From: the human T2T-CHM13v2.0 reference genome, Homo sapiens
Reading direction: 5' to 3' (one strand)
NCBI RefSeq assembly: GCF_009914755.1
Contig: NC_060941.1
Length of the DNA stretch: 64,000 nucleotides
The position numbers were made by a program, and so were the translations under genes. Position 1 is the first letter of the stretch. Each line of letters opens with the position of its first letter. Below, one piece after another: positions 1 through 15,939 of the stretch. The notes under the pieces are model-generated. The model saw only the letters and a program-made list of their open reading frames with translations, was not told where the DNA came from and made no database searches.

Positions 1-1052
1 GGCTGCTAAGTTGCCAGCAAGAGGCAGCCTCTGAAAATCTCTGGAAAGACCAGCATGTCCTTGGGGTGGGATTCAGAGCACAGTGGGGTGGGGGAGGGTT
101 GAGAAGGGGTCTTGATCCCCCTTCTCTTCCTCTAGGGGAGCCGAGGCTTGGGACCAGGGAAGCAGCGGTACCCCATGTGGGGAAGGGCGGGCCTGACTTA
201 CTGTAACTTCCTGGCCCAAAGCCTGATTGTCCTGTGGTTGGGCTGCCCGGCCAGAGAGGCCCCTGGTGTAGGGAGGACTCAGAGAGAACTTGCCTCCCGT
301 TGCCAGGGCCCAGTGTGTGTGTACTGGGGGGCGGAGGGGCTGTGCTGTCACTGATTTCCTGAGACAGCTAGTAGACCAGATGAGGCTGCCTGGAAGGTGG
401 CTCCTCTTCCCTAAGCAGGTTGGGCCACTACCTAAATGCCAGGTTATTTACAAGAAAAAAAAAAGGCTGTCCAGGGGCTCAGCCCCTTTTGGAGGGCATC
501 AGAGCCGCCAGTGTTGACTGAGCACTCACCATGTACTACGCCATATGGGCGTTTGCTCACTGAACTGTCACAACCACCCAAGAAAACGGGAACTGTTGTT
601 ATCCCCATTGTACAGATGGGGAGCGGATTTAGAGTCCTGGGATGCAAACTGGGTTTCCCCGCTGGCTCCCGATCCCCACTCCATCTGGCCTATGAGCGTG
701 GGAACCAGTGTGGCCCGGAAGAGTGGTGGATGGCCCAGCTGACTGCCCAGGTGCCCCCACCCCCCAGCCACATGGGCATGCGGCTTGCTCGGTACTCAGC
801 TGACTTCCTGTCCCTGGAAGAGCAGCTGCCGGTATGCTGGGGCAGGGCGGTCCCCTTCCTGTGGTTCAGGTAAGGGCATAACCCCATGCCTTCTTGGCAT
901 CCTCCCTCTCTCCTTTCTCAGGCTCTGCAAGTCCGACCTGGGTGCCCCAGAGAGCTGCTCCGGGAAAGACGTTTACCTGCTGCCCAGAGCTGGGACTGCA
1001 GACCCTGATTGGCGAGGGCTTGGAGAGTAGCTGAGAACCTTCCCTTCAGCTA

Positions 1053-1571
<519 letters not shown>

Positions 1572-2062
1572 CTAGGTGACGCTGCCAAGGAACTGTGGCA
1601 CTGTCCCTACTTCCCACATCCAGCTCCACGGTTCCACCTCCCACCCCCCTTGCCTGTGGAAGCTCAAAATAAGCTTTCTAGAGCATGATGTTTCTTGTGT
1701 GAGGGGTCATCTGAGGTTGTAAAGACTGAAGCTCTTCACCAGAGAAACGCAGGAAGCATCCCGCAGCTAAGTGAGGCAATGTCTGGGGCACGCCAGGCCA
1801 CGCCAGGTAGCTCAGAGGGGAGGAACGCCCCTGGCTACACAGCCTGCGTCTGAGCCCTGCTGGTGGCCAGGCCATCTGCTGGGCTCCATCCCTGGGCGTC
1901 TTTCCAGCCTGTCTTCAGTGCTCAGGGCGTCTTTAGCAGAGCATAAAGTGGCATTTCACTTGTCCCTCTACCCAACAGCAAGGAAGTGGACCTCTCTTAG
2001 GCTTTTCTTGGAAGACGAAAGGAAAGAAAGAACGTTCTCAATGTGAGATCCTACAGGACCAC

Positions 2063-2534
2063 TGTACTGGGTCGAATGGCGTCCCCCCCCACCAAATTCA
2101 TGTCTGCATGGAACCTACAAATGTGACTTTGTTTGGAAAGAGGGTCTTTGCAGATGTAATTAAGATGTACTCCACAGGCCTGGGGAGATCAAGGCTAACA
2201 GCATGTTGTATGAGGATGGCCCCAGTCCAATGACTGATGCCCTTATATGAGGGAAATCTGGACACAGACACACAGAGAAGGCCACGCGGTGGTGGAGGCA
2301 GAGATGGGAGAGATGTGTCTACAAGCCAAGGAGCGAGCAGGACCGCCGGCCACCACCAGGAGCTGGCAGGGGCAAGGAAGTCATTCTTCCCTGGGGGCTT
2401 CAGAGGGAGCACGGTCCCAGTACACCTTGAGTGTTGGCCTTCTGGCCTCCAGAGCTGTGAGAGAATCCATTTTGGTTGTTTGAAGCTGCTGAGTTTGTGG
2501 CGTTTTGTTACGGCTGTCCCAGGAAAGGAATACA
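2063..2534 (+). mobile_element. MaLR solo LTR (MLT1-type)
   Basis: TG...CA ends; hallmark AATGTGAC..TTTGGAAA.AGGGTCTTTGCAGATGTAATTAAG and GCCTCCAGAGCTGTGAGAGAAT...TTTGTTAC segments. Confidence 0.75.
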
Positions 2535-3758
2535 ATCACCAAATGTCAAACACAGGGCAGCTGGGAAAAACAAGAGGGAAATGCATGAGGCACGTAAAGA
2601 AAAGACTTGGAAGAGACCAAGGAGGGACAGGAAGGAATGCTTCCTCAACTTCCTCCTCGCACCCGGACAGGAAGCCGGAGACCTAGTGGCTGAGCCTTGG
2701 AAGAAGCGGCTACCTATTCCCCCCCACAAGAGCGGGTGAGCTTGGATGTCGGATGAATGAGAAGGGTCTGAATCTTGCTGGGTCCCAGGGAGACCCTGTT
2801 AATAATAACAAACTCAAGATATGGTCTCGTCTCATCCTCACCACAGTGCCTAAAGCAGGTTTTATTGAAATCCCCGTGTATAGATTAGGAACAAGGCAGG
2901 GCGGTTGGGTGCCTGCCCAGGGTCATAGGCAGCAGCAGTGATCTGGAACTGGAGCCCAGCTTTCCCACACCCTGCCCTTACCACTTGTCCTCTCCTGATC
3001 CAGGGCTCCAGTGCCCATGTCCAGTGCCTTGGTGGGGCTGGGCCAAGAGGCACAGCGAGGGCCCTGGCCACAGGCAGGGGCGTTGGAGCCCTGCTGCCTA
3101 GGTTTGGATCCCAGCTCTACTCCTGGTGAGCTGTGTGACCTTGGGCAAGTTACATTACATCCCTGTTTTGCAGTTTCACCCACTGAGAAAATAGGGACAA
3201 GAATAGTACGTAACTCATGGAGTTGCTGGAGACCTCCATGGGTCAGTACGTTTCAGGTGCTTAGAATAGTGCTTGGCACACTGGAAGCACAGCCATAAAA
3301 GTGTTGTGAAATAAATAAAACCCGCTGGGCGAGAGAACTCTTTCTTTCATAGCTGGGGCCAAGGAGAGGGCTTCAGGATGGTGACCTGTCTTATTCTTAC
3401 TCCACAGACATGGAGATATCAAGGCCAATAGCATTCTCATGCAGTTCTCTTCTATTTCCCATAGAACCCTCAAGACCAGCAAGGGGGACACCTGAGAGCA
3501 GAAAGCAGAGTTGCACCCACATTCTGGGCAGGCTGACTCAGTTGCTAGAATCCTGCCTCTAGGGCCAAGATTACTGTTTGATCCTGATCTGGGCCAGCTT
3601 TGTCCTACTGGAGGAAAGCTTGGAACCCTGAATCCTACTTGGTTGGTCTCCTGCTTGGCTGTTTTGCTCACAGTGGGAACCTGGTCTGGGGTGATTCACT
3701 ATCACTCATCGCTCCACAGAAGGATGGTGCCCGGTGCACATCCCCAGGATAGTGTTAA

Positions 3759-4397
<639 letters not shown>

Positions 4398-5878
4398 TGA
4401 CTCCTCTCCAGGCATCTCTCCTTCCAGCCACAGAGCCTGGCCTGATGGTCCCAGGGCCCCAGGGCCCCAGGTGAAGCCCTCTCTCCTCCCCCACTCAGGT
4501 CTGACCAGCTCTGTTTCCATCCTGGTGTGGGCACAAGGTCTCTTGCTGCAGCTGGGCCAGTTTGCTGACCTTCTCAGCTCCTTCTCTTAGACTGGAGAGG
4601 CCTGGAAGGGTGCCCGAGGGAGGGTCTGGGCTGCTCTCCTGGGCTCCTCCCCTCCACTCCAGGACTCTGGCTGGAGCCTGGTCAGGGTCCTTACTGAGTT
4701 CTCAGCCAAGCGCCAGCCCTGTGATGGCCTGAGGGGTCTGGTGGGGAAGCCCCAAAGTGAGGGCTCCATAGCCCTCACTGTCCCTCCCCCAGCATTGGGC
4801 AGTGCCGGCGGTCTCTGAGTTCTTCTGGGTAGCCTTCCTACCACATCCTCTTGCCTACTTTCACCAGGTGGCCAAGGGACACTAAAAAAGGCAGTGAATA
4901 GCTAGAGGACCACTCTTGAAAATCAGCCTGCCTTCCTCCTGGTGCCAGCTCCTGTCCCTCCGGCCTCCTTTTCATAGAATTCTACAACAGGAGGAAACAG
5001 AGAGGTCATCTCCTCCACCTTCACCAAGTTTCCAGAACGGATGGGTTAGAGGGATCTGGCGTTCTCTGAGGCTTCGGGCCAAACCTTGGACATTGGGCTG
5101 GCCAGAGATCTTGCTGGGGTTGCCTTGGGAATTGTATATCCATTGGGAGCACTAGCCCTGAACACCTGGGGCTCCCCACCTGCTAGGAGCTGGGAGGACT
5201 CTGGTGTTCCCTGCAACCCCCCAGGGTCTGGGTGGACGGAATGGCAGCCCAGGACTGTTCCCCAGGCTGACCTGGACTCTGATGAGAGCCAAGAGTGGAC
5301 CTAGCTGTCATTTAGATCCCTGGGGGAGCCTTCACAGTAGCTGCCAAGCAGAGGTCCTGGCACTGGGGAGGGTTCTCACACGTAGGAGGGGCAGTACTTA
5401 AGCAAGTAACAGTGGAGAGGGCACTGGATTTGACATCAGCTGAGAGGTGGTCCGTTTCTGCTTCTCTCACTGCTTATCTGTGATCTGAGGCAAGCCTAAA
5501 CTCCTCTACAGCTTAGTTTACTCATCTGGAAAGTGTGGTATATTTTATTTTACCTGCCTTACATCTGAGGCATGGAGGAAGGACGGAATGAGATCACCTA
5601 TTAAAATGCATTTTGAAAAAACAAAAGTGCTATTTATGCAAACACATGGTACTAAAAATAAAAGATGCCTGTTTGCTTCTGGAAGTAAAAGTTGTGAATG
5701 ATGCCGGGCGCTGTGGCTCACACCTGTAATCCCAGCACTTTGGGAGGTCAAGGCGGGTGGATCACAAGGTCGAGAGATCGAGACCAACCTGGCTGACATG
5801 GGGAAACCCCATCTCTACTAAAAATACCAAAAAACTTAGCTGAGCACGGTGGCACACGCCTGTAGTCCCAGCTACTCA

Positions 5879-6013
<135 letters not shown>

Positions 6014-6198
6014 TTATGAATTAAGTGATATTTTAATGATCCAGGAACCCCATTATTTAAAGAACATTTTGTCTTTTGTACAGCCACAGAGCCAGTGTTT
6101 GATGAGTTTCCAGCAAGCATCACCCATTCTGCTAGATTTTGTGAGGAACATAAAAAAGCAGAAGATATAGGGCCTGGTACGGAGTTGGCATTCAATTA

Positions 6199-6553
<355 letters not shown>

Positions 6554-7543
6554 TCACAGTCCAGTTTGGACGGGGACAGTCATGTGACCGGGTGATGAAT
6601 GAGTGGTGCAGGCTGTACATATAATATGCATTTGGAGGGAGGAGAGGTCTCCAGGGTGTGGGAGGCTTCAGGGAGGAGGCAGGAAGGGAGAAATCCTCAG
6701 CAGAGAGGGAGAACTAGAAGAGAGAATTGGAGGGGCTGGCTGGGAAGAAGGGCTAACCCCAACATGGGCTCCTAATCCCAAGTGAGCAGGGAAGTGATGA
6801 ATATGGTGGGCAGGGAAGAAGACCACCCTGATGGGAAGAAGTTTGCCTCCTAGCGTGGGGTGGAGTGGGGGCAGAGTAAACTTCCCACTGGGGCTACAGT
6901 TGAAGGGTTTTGGAAACCCAGCTTAGTGGAAAATGCCAGGGGGAACCAGTATAGATCCTACAGGGATGGGCTGCCTGTGTGCATGACATCATGAAAACAA
7001 TATTTTTAGAAGATGAGTCTGGCATGGATGGGCCCATGGGGACATACCAAACTTCTTGAAGTTCCCCAAAGTTTCCCTTTTCCGGGCTATTTCCCTGTTT
7101 CTGAGAATGCCCCATTCTCCCAAGCCTGTGGAAGGAACACCTGCTGTTTCACCTTAACTTACGCATCACCTCTTCTGGGAAGCCACTAGAGGTCATTTCC
7201 TCCTGGGCACCCCCAGCTGTACCCTGTCTACCACTTTATTTTTACACCCATTCCTTTTTAGGATACTTCTTGGTTTTCACATCTGGTTCCCCTTTCAGAC
7301 TGTGAGTCTCTTGAAGCCTGGAATATTTCCTGATTGTTATTTTTGTCCAGCAACAGGCATGGTGGCCAGAGCCGTGTTTCCACCTATGTTGGTATCACCT
7401 GGGGCACCTGGGTCCCAGGTGACACCTGGGTCAGGCAAACATCAGGTGCTGCTGATACACCCTAAAGTTTAGGAACACTGCAGCTCCACCTCTCTCACAT
7501 GGCCTCATAGGACAACATCTACAAAGAGCATATCATGATATAA

Positions 7544-8047
<504 letters not shown>

Positions 8048-8197
8048 TAACATTTTCTGTAGGAAAATACTATGATTGGAGATTTGGGGGAGGGGAGGTG
8101 AAAGAGAGGAAATATATCGTCTTGTGTAATGTAAATAATGAGCTTGCATTCTGTTTTTTATTTTTTTTGTTATTTTTTTTTAAATTTTTTTTTTTGA

Positions 8198-8799
<602 letters not shown>

Positions 8800-8974
8800 T
8801 GTTTTTTATTTATTTTTATTTTTTATATCTGGGTTTGCAGTCTCTTCCTGAGGCTGGGCCTGAATAGTGCTGTGAATACCGGCAGTGATGGTGTTAACTG
8901 GAAGAGCCCAACGTCTTAGCATTCAGAACCCTAATTTCTTTTCTGAAAAAAAGCCTGAAGCCTACAACCCAGTG

Positions 8975-9046
8975 TTCCAGCCTGCAGCGCAGCCTTCCTT
9001 CCAGGCTGCATCCCAGCCTTCCAGCCTGCAGCCCAGCCTTCCAGGC
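8975..9046. repeat. Degenerate 20-bp tandem repeat (~3.4 units)
   Basis: TTCCAGCCTGCAGCGCAGCC / TTCCAGGCTGCATCCCAGCC / TTCCAGCCTGCAGCCCAGCC / TTCCAGGC. Confidence 0.75.
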
Positions 9047-10229
9047 CGCTACTGTTGCTTAAGGCTGTGCTGCAATCAGAGCGCTCAGGAGTGGGAAGTC
9101 CAGAGTTCTACCCGCTTCTGGGAACAGCCCCCCATCCCCCTCCCGGCACCAGCTTCCACAGGCAAGTCCTCATGACAGTGGGTCAGGCTCACCCGAGGAT
9201 TTCACAAACGCCTGGCCTGTTCCCAGCACAGCACAGCTGGGAGGGCTCAGTGCCGGGGGGAAGGAGCATCCTCCTCCTCCTCTTCCCTTGGCCCTGCCGT
9301 CCTCCAGCTCAGGGAGAGGGAAGGGCTGCACTTGTCCATGCTTGCCGCCTACAGGCCCGCGAGCTCGGAACCTTCCCTCCCTGCTGATTTCCCAGCTTTG
9401 GCTTAGTCAAGGTACAAAGAGGAAATGCGCTGTCTCACGACAAAAGGAGCATCCAGGCTTGTCTGCCCTGAAGGCAGCTGCAAGAGGTCTCAGAGTCACC
9501 TGAGGAGGCGGTTATTCAGATTCCAAGGCTGTCTTCAGGCTTTGGATTCAGAAGAGCTGGGTCACAGTCCGGGAGTCAGCAGTTTCATGCACACCTCGGG
9601 GGACTGGCCGTAGGTGGTCCTCTGTGCTTTCAGAGGCCTTGAGGGGCAGAGAGGTGGAGCTCCAGGCAATGAAAAGCGTTTAGCTCATAGAACCCAGGAT
9701 TCTAAGTTAGGGCCACCAGCTCTTTCTCTAGCTCCATGACAAGGAAAGAGCTGTCCTTGGATTTGGGGCCTCAGTTTCTCCATCTCTGAAATGGGTGTGT
9801 TCGGACCTGAGGGTACAGAGACCAACTGTCCTAGTTTGCCAGACTTTCAGAACTAAACTGGGACAAGCTGGCCACCCTACTGAGGGTGGATGCATGCTGT
9901 AATGGGAATGTGATTTGAAGATGCGTCTTCAAGGCACAGGCTATATTTATTTAATTTACATATTTACCCGTTATTGTCTGGTTGCTCCCACTTAACCTCT
10001 GGAGGGCAGGGTGAGCAGGGCCTTGTCTTGCTGGATATAGAACAGTCCTTGACCGTGGGATGTGTTCCACAGAGATTTGCTGAATGAATGAACGAGTGAA
10101 TGAATGAGTGACTAGAAGGGGAGAGGGCTGAGGCTCCAAGAACAGGCTCCCTGAATAGAGCGTGTGTTGGGGGTGGGTTTGCTCCGCTGACCTGAAGGGG
10201 GTTCTCGGCTCCCCTGGGACAAGAAAACT

Positions 10230-10900
10230 TGACCCACTCACGGCCGGGAAAGAGTCCAGGCTTTCTGAGCAGCCGCCCCTCGGAGGGGTCAGTGACCCCC
10301 GGTGACGAACGCCTGACTCCCCCCTTCCCCCACGCGCCCAGCGCGGCCTGGTCCACCCTGTCTCCTCCCTCTCCCGCCCCCCACCCCAGGGAGGTGCGCC
10401 TGGCAGCCTCCCGGCCGAATTTCCTGGCACTGGGCTGAGAATAAACAGCGCTCTCCGCCCGTAATCCCGTTGCCCCGGCGACCGCGCTCCGCGGGCGGGG
10501 GCGTGGCGGGGGCGTGGCGTGGCGGGGCCGTACCCGAGGCGCAAGCTCTGCAGGGCGCAGCGGCGGCTGCGGCCGCGGCGATGCGGGCCCGGGAGGTGCC
10601 ACCCCCCGTACTCGGCGCGGACATTCTTCGCATAGCTCCGCCAGGGCTCCCGCGGTGTCCGGGAAGTGACTCTTCCTGGCAGAGGGCGGCCTCGAGGCGA
10701 CGCGCCTGCCCGCCCGCCAGCCCGGCGGCCGCCAGATCTGGAGGGGAGTGGGGGCGGGGCGCAAGAAGGTGCTCCCAGCACTGGGGCTCCTGTCACCCTC
10801 GGCCTCGATCATCCCGCCCCGCGCTCCTGGGACCGGAGTCCCTTACTCCCATAGACTCTCGACTGCCTCTCCGCCCAACCCCCGCCCGGTACCCTTGCGG
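10230..10900. promoter_or_regulatory. Orphan CpG island about 3.5 kb beyond the SOCS3 poly(A) site
   Basis: Dense CpG/GC; tandem EGR/SP-KLF motifs GCGGGGGCG (10495, 10506); CGGGAAGTG at ~10660; TTCCTGGCA at 10421 and 10673; no credible coding ORF. Confidence 0.75.
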
Positions 10901-11388
10901 TGCCCCCTCCCAAACATCCTTACTCATTCCTAAGACTAGGACACATCGTGCAGGCTGATTTTCCATCGCTGGCTCCCCTGTCTGAGGCCTCCTTCCCCCC
11001 CTCCCCCAGAGCAGGACTTAGATTTCCCATTCTTGGCTCTAGCCTCAGGAGGCCTGCCCTAAAACAGCACCACCGGAGAGAGGATAGGGCCTCTTGGGGT
11101 GGAGTCTTACAGCTCTAGAAGCAAGGTAATAGGGCACAGGGCTGGGAGCGGGGATTTCTCCCCTTTCTGTTGGCCGGGGACCCTCAGCCTTGTTTTTAAC
11201 CAGGCCGAGGCACGAGTGCCTGCCCAAGCCAGGAGAAGCTGCCCACTGCCTGCAGGACACTTGTCAGCACATCTGGGAGCCAGGAATACCCCTCCTCCCC
11301 CAGCCAGGCCAGAGGGCCCCCGACTAAGTCCCTTAGAGGAGGGTGTCTTCCCTTCTGAGGATTGAGAAGTGCAGAAAGACTTCTGTTA

Positions 11389-12006
<618 letters not shown>

Positions 12007-14299
12007 CTACTTCCTCCCTGGCCAGAGAAGATCAAATTCTTTTGCTAGCATTCTGTGAACACTGGACAACCTGGCTAAACAGCTGCCTTCTGGGTCAAGC
12101 ACAGGGACCCAGTGGCTGGGCACAGTGGCTCATGCCTGTAATCCCAGCACTTTGGGAGGCTGAGGCTGGCAGATTGCTTGAGTTCAGGAGTTCGAGACCA
12201 GCCTGGGCAACATGGCGAGACCCTGTCTCTACGAAATATACAAAAAAAAAAATTAAAAATTAAAAATAACTGGCCGTGGTGATAATGTGCCTGTAGTCCC
12301 AGCTACTCAGGAGGCTGACGTGGGAGGATTACCCAGACGTGGGAGGTTTACCCAAACCCGGGAGTTCAAACCTGCAGTGAGCTATAATAGCGCCACTGCA
12401 CTCCAACCTGGGTGACAGAGTGAGACCCTGTCTCAAAAAACAAAAAAGTACAAGGACCCCAGGTTCACGGTTCCCTCATGGCTGTTATTCCAGTGAAAGG
12501 GGAACTCTGTGCAGCTGAAGGCAGTGGTGGCTGACCAGCAGACCCCAGGGCGAGGAAGACTCATCATCCTTCTGGAAGGCACTGGGGAGCCACACCCCAC
12601 TGGGCCCCCTCACCTGCACTTGTGCTTTGGGAAGGTGGCCCTACCTGGGTTTACATTGCCAGTCTGGAGTTCCTTCATGATGCCTGTGGTGTGGCTCCCA
12701 TATGCTCTGTCCCCTCAGCCGCCTCGTGCCTGGCCTGGCCCCTTCTCGTCACTTCAGGTCATTTTCTCCAAAAGTCCCAGGAAATAGGAAAGAAAAACGA
12801 CTTTGTTTATTTACTCTCTGTTGCCTTTTGGACCCCGATTCCTGGAGCAGTATATTGGGTGCAAGGGGGCCAGGAAGAGGCTCTGGTATTTGTGTCATCT
12901 GAGAGAGATAAGGGCCCCTGACTTGGGGTTAACACTCATTTCCCAGCTGTCAGGTCACGGGGATCAGAGAAGGAAGCATGAAAGGAGAATACCTCAGAGA
13001 AGGTGGTTTTGTTTTTGTTTTTGGTTTCTGTTTTTTAAATGGAGACAGGGTCTCGCTATATTGCCCAGGCTGGTCTTGAACTTCTGGGCTCCAGCCCTTA
13101 GCCCACCTCGACCTCCCAAAGTGCTGGATTACAGGAGAGAAGACGTTTTTTGCTATTAGAAGAACCCTAGTGCTGAAACCCCAGAGTTGGGGGGAAGGGT
13201 ACTAACCTCTTGGCTTTTAAGGAGGGACTCACTCCGGGGGCAGGTATATGCTGAGTGTATAGAGAGGCAGAGAGGCATGGGCTTTGGAAATCAAATGCTC
13301 CTGGGTTCCAATCCTGTTTTCCCCATATTCCCAAGTGGTGTGCCCTTGGCCAGGTTGCTTAACCTCCCTGAACCTGAGTTGCTGCCCCTACTTAGTTGAC
13401 AAATATTTACTGAGCACCAATCTAGGCACCAGAAGTGACCAGTCCAAGTCCTGGCTCACATGGGGCACGTGGCCATGTCTGAGAACATGGGGATGAGAAT
13501 GCCTGCCTTGTGGGAGCAGGTGGGATGCTTAATCCAGGTAACCTCTAAGTGCCCCTTAGTGTTTAAATGAGAGTGACTAAAAATAGATGGGCTGAGGGGA
13601 GGATACCTTCAGCCCGGGAGCTGGAGACCAGCCTGGGCAACATAGCGAACCCTGTGTCAAAAAAAGAGAGAGATGAATAGATGGGTGCTTTTTGGGAGGA
13701 GGGTGATCCTGTCCGCTGCTCAGGTTGGGGCCCCTAGGAACGGGGAAGGGAAGCAGGCATGGGGAGCAGTGGCCAGGAAGCCCCTGAATGCCTGGGGTCC
13801 TGTGGTGGGGGAGGGGGTGGGGCTCCACCTGCATGCAAGATTTGCTTCAGGACCACCCCTCCCCCCACTTCCAGTGAACCTGGCTAGACTGAGGTCATAG
13901 GTCACCACTAGGACCCCATGTCTGGGCTTTCTCGGAACGACTCCCTGCCAAGGAACCAGAGCGCCTCTAATAGCCTGGAGCCTCTAAAAGCTTTGACCAC
14001 AGCTCAGCTTGCTCCCTGCAAGCCCTTTGAAGCGCTTCCTTCGAACTTGCTTTGCATATTCTGGTCAGATCTGAATCAGACTTGCAGGAATTACCCCTCT
14101 CGGTAAGTCTAGGTGGCTGCCTTAGCTTGTCAGTGACACACGAGGCAGGCGTGCTGACGTAAGGCTGAGACGTATTCGATTCCACCCTCTGCGGCTCTCT
14201 TCCTCCTCTCCGATGCAGAGTGTGGGTGTGGGTGAAAGAGAAAGCAAGGCACGGGGCGGGGGGCGGGGGGGCAGGGGTGCAGAAAAGGCTCAAGTCATG

Positions 14300-15939
14300 T
14301 TTTTCATTAAAAAATAGTGCTCTTTATTATAAATTACTGAAATGTTTCTTTTCTGAATATAAATATAAATATGTGCAAAGTTTGACTTGGATTGGGATTT
14401 TGTTGAGTTCTTCAAGCATCTCCTAATAGCCTCAAGGGCCTGAGTAGGGGGGAGGAGAGAGGACTGGAGGTGGAATCTTTATAAAAGACAGAGTGATTGA
14501 GGCAGATTGTAAACATTATTAAAAAACAAGAAACAAACAAAAAAATAGAGAAAAAAACCACCCCAACACACAACTGCCCTGTCCAGCCCAATACCTGACA
14601 CAGAATACTTTGTGTTTGTTTAGTTGCCCCCCCCCACAAAAACAAAAACAAAAACAAAAACAAAAAACTGTTCCAGGTAATTCCATCGCTGCTACATTCC
14701 TGTAAATTGTCACTGATCAGTGCTATGGCAGAGCGGGAGCACCCGGGGTGGCAGCAGTCCAGCCTCTCCAATGACCTCCAGCCTCCCCCACCCAGGCAGG
14801 AGGGAGGGCTGTGCAGGGCTCGGGGCAGTGGGACCTGGTGGCTCTGCTCTGACCACGAGGCGCCTGACTGGCCAATACTTACTGGGCTGACATTCCCAGT
14901 GCTCAGCTGGGAGGCATGGGTTTCCGCCCCCCCTCCCCACTTCCCTGGCTGTGGGCTGGCTTGGTGCCCTCCAGTGAGTCCCTCAGCCTCTCCACCCATC
15001 CAGGCTGAGTATGTGGCTTTCCTATGCTGGGTCCCTCTCCATGGGACAGGGAGCATTTAAGGCGAATCTCTTAGCCAGACATAGTCAGGAGGCACAGAGT
15101 AGAATCCCCTGTCTTCTCTACCAGGAGCCTGAGGTGAAAGATGTCCCGTCTCCTCCATCCTCCCGCTCCATCCACCCAGGTACAGGAAGGTATAGTATGA
15201 GTAGGAAAAGGAGACCAGCTGACCAGCCCATCCGTCCCCTCCAAATGTTGCTTCCCCCTTAAAACGGAGGAAGGGCCCTGGGCTCTCAGGCACCAGGTAG
15301 ACTTTGGAACCTGTGTTTTCGGTGACTGTCCCGGAGGAGAGGATGTGGGGCACCAGGATGGTTCCCTTCAGGTCACCCCAAGCCCTTCTCCCCGGAGCCA
15401 GGGAGAGGAGCATGTCACCAGGATCCTCGCCTGGGGTGGGCGGGGGGTGTGACCATTTCCTTCGCCAGCCCGCAGCCCTGGGGCCCTCAGGACCTCTCTC
15501 TCTTCCACCTTTCCCAGGCTCCACAACCAGCTCAGGTTTAAACCAAATCAAAGAGCAAACAAGTTCCGTTGGAAAGTTTGAAGATTCCCTGGCAGTTCTC
15601 ATTAGTTCAGCATTCCCGAAGTGTCCCCTGTTTGGAGGCAGAGGGGAAGCTGAGGAATTGAAGGAGAATCCACTTGTGGTTGCTATCGTCCCACCAGGAC
15701 AGCTGGCTCCTCCGGAGAAGCTGGAGACTCAGGTGGTACTCCCCCTTCCCTCCAACACATTCCAGGTCCGCCTGCCACATTCTGCAGGGAGAGGGCAGAG
15801 GGAGGGGCCTGTCCGCCCTCTTTCCCCCCAGAGCTACAGGACTCTCTCCTGGTTGGCTTCTTGTGCTTGTGCCATGTGCCACGGAGGAGAGGGGCCTGCG
15901 TCCCCTCTCCCGACCCATGCCCTTTGCGCCCTTTACCCC
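14300..15939 (-). other. SOCS3: SOCS3 3'UTR (~1.6 kb) with AU-rich elements and miRNA seed matches
   Basis: AUUUA pentamers (plus TAAAT at 14330, 14360, 14366, 14703). 8mer seeds for miR-30 (TGTTTACA, 14508-14515) and miR-19 (TTTGCACA, 14372-14379); miR-203 seed CATTTCA (14338-14344); U-rich (TTTTTG)n tract ~14637-14667. Confidence 0.85.
14323..14328 (-). terminator. SOCS3: SOCS3 polyadenylation signal AATAAA
   Basis: Plus-strand TTTATT at 14323-14328, at the distal end of the AT-rich 3'UTR; cleavage expected near 14300. Confidence 0.85.

Noticed and set aside
8975-9046. Short repeat array considered as CRISPR-like
   Set aside because: Units are directly adjacent with no unique spacers; eukaryotic context; a simple minisatellite.
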